64,000 nt of DNA from an uncultured Candidatus Saccharibacteria bacterium. Lineage in GTDB: Bacteria; Patescibacteriota; Minisyncoccia; Phycocordibacterales; Phycocordibacteraceae. Positions 63,091 through 64,000 of the stretch are shown here, piece after piece. Where the stretch lies: positions 2,573-66,572 of the forward strand of contig CAYXYP010000003.1 in assembly GCA_964469405.1 (NCBI GenBank). Reading direction: 5' to 3'. Made by a program: the position numbers and the translations under genes. The notes beneath the pieces were generated by a model, which was not told where the DNA came from, did no database searches, and was given only the letters and a program-made list of their open reading frames with translations. Within the stretch, counting starts at the first letter, position 1; each line of letters starts with the position of its first letter.

Positions 63091-63134
63091 GTCAATACGC
63101 GTCGAAAATCAGTAGATTTTCGACGCGTATTGAC
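63091..63134. repeat. 20-bp perfect inverted repeat after the atp operon (REP-like or terminator)
   Basis: GTCAATACGCGTCGAAAATC-AGTA-GATTTTCGACGCGTATTGAC. Confidence 0.75.
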
Positions 63135-63160
63135 ACTATTTTTTGTAGTATACTGGTGGC

Positions 63161-63580
63161 ATGGCTTTTGAAGGCAATGGGGGCGAGATGATTCCGCCTC
63201 GTCGTGAGATACCGCATTATCATGGGGACGAAGTGCGGGTGCTTTTCTTTGTGAGTGCGATTGTCCTGATTGTCGCACGATCTACTGGTGCTGATCTCCC
63301 ACTCTCTACATTCGGTACCGTCGTTTCTGCGGTGCTACTGGTGATCGTCGCTGGCATTACGAATCCAGCACAATATTGGATTCATTTCGCAAACGCTTCA
63401 ATTGCGATAGTTGGCGCACTTCTTTTTGGCACGACGGCCATTGATCATTATCGTGCAGGGGAAAGCTTGTTGCATCCCTCATTTGTGTATGTTGAGGCTC
63501 TTGCAATCCTTTCACTTATGGCGCTTTATTTCACCACGCGGACTATCCGCGGCATCAATCAACGCAACAATCTCATCTAG
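63161..63580 (+). CDS. 4-TM hypothetical membrane protein
   Basis: HYHGDEVR..AGITNP..ALYFTTRTIRG; TATACT 6 nt upstream. Confidence 0.75.
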   Translation: MAFEGNGGEMIPPRREIPHYHGDEVRVLFFVSAIVLIVARSTGADLPLSTFGTVVSAVLLVIVAGITNPAQYWIHFANASIAIVGALLFGTTAIDHYRAGESLLHPSFVYVEALAILSLMALYFTTRTIRGINQRNNLI

Positions 63581-63685
63581 ACAAGGGTGGTATGCTAATG
63601 AGCAGAAGTTCTTGATTTTAATGCTCTTATAAAAATATGATTGGGTCAATCCCGACCCCGACCATCATTATGGAAGGAGAAATCT

Positions 63686-64000
63686 ATGAAGACGGCGGAG
63701 ATTCAGTTGACTTACGTCATTAAAACGACCAAACTCATGGCGCTTGATTCGAAGAGGACGGATCAATGTTTTGTTCCTCCGATGTGCAAACACCGACATC
63801 TTGATATGGCCAACCTTCTTCCAGAATGTCAGCCGGAAACGGTTCCTTGCACCATCTCGACACTCGCTCTCACGGGGAGTTCGACATTCTTACAGTATGC
63901 GATCACACTCCTCGGTGCTCCGGTGGGCAGCTCGGTCAAGAGGGTTAGCGCTCTTCTGAAGGATCGTGGTTACCCGCTGCTTCTGACGCACTTCGATCAG
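63686..64000 (+). CDS. Orphan hypothetical protein, runs off the window edge
   Basis: AAGGAG SD; open frame MKTAEIQLTYV.. to the end of the window; not in the ORF track. Confidence 0.55.
   Translation, partial: MKTAEIQLTYVIKTTKLMALDSKRTDQCFVPPMCKHRHLDMANLLPECQPETVPCTISTLALTGSSTFLQYAITLLGAPVGSSVKRVSALLKDRGYPLLLTHFDQ

Overview
This is a roughly 50% GC bacterial chromosome segment using genetic code 11 (TGA is a stop and tRNA-Trp has a CCA anticodon). Gene content and architecture point to Patescibacteria/CPR (Parcubacteria, possibly Kaiserbacteria-like; this is inference). Core genes are infB (partial), iscS-like, clpB, rpmG, eno, gpmA, miaA, ahpC, parB, rel, topA, dprA, serS, ftsQ-like, dus, dnaX, trhO, tgt, uvrB/A/C, ddl, speA, mscL and an atpBEFHAG-(NUDIX)-DC operon. 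Accessory genes include nirK, a pilin-peptidase fusion, a VirD4-like ATPase and about ten orphan genes. There are five intact tRNAs (Trp, Leu, Gln, Ala-TGC, Val) and one tRNA-Ala(GGC) split in its T-loop. The main non-annotated signals are as follows. (1) A family of structured 50-170 bp elements follows the tRNAs, often with inverted or direct copies of that tRNA's 3' end. A frameshifted HTH/LAGLIDADG-like gene lies next to one of them. (2) The same palindrome is inserted in-frame in two unrelated proteins. (3) Expression appears two-tiered: core genes look leaderless, some sharing a bidirectional -10 box, while orphan genes are self-contained cassettes with promoter, Shine-Dalgarno (SD) and terminator. 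All calls were made by eye from motifs and no database searches were run. Several start codons were moved downstream of the ORF track to the ATG that follows a -10 box or SD.
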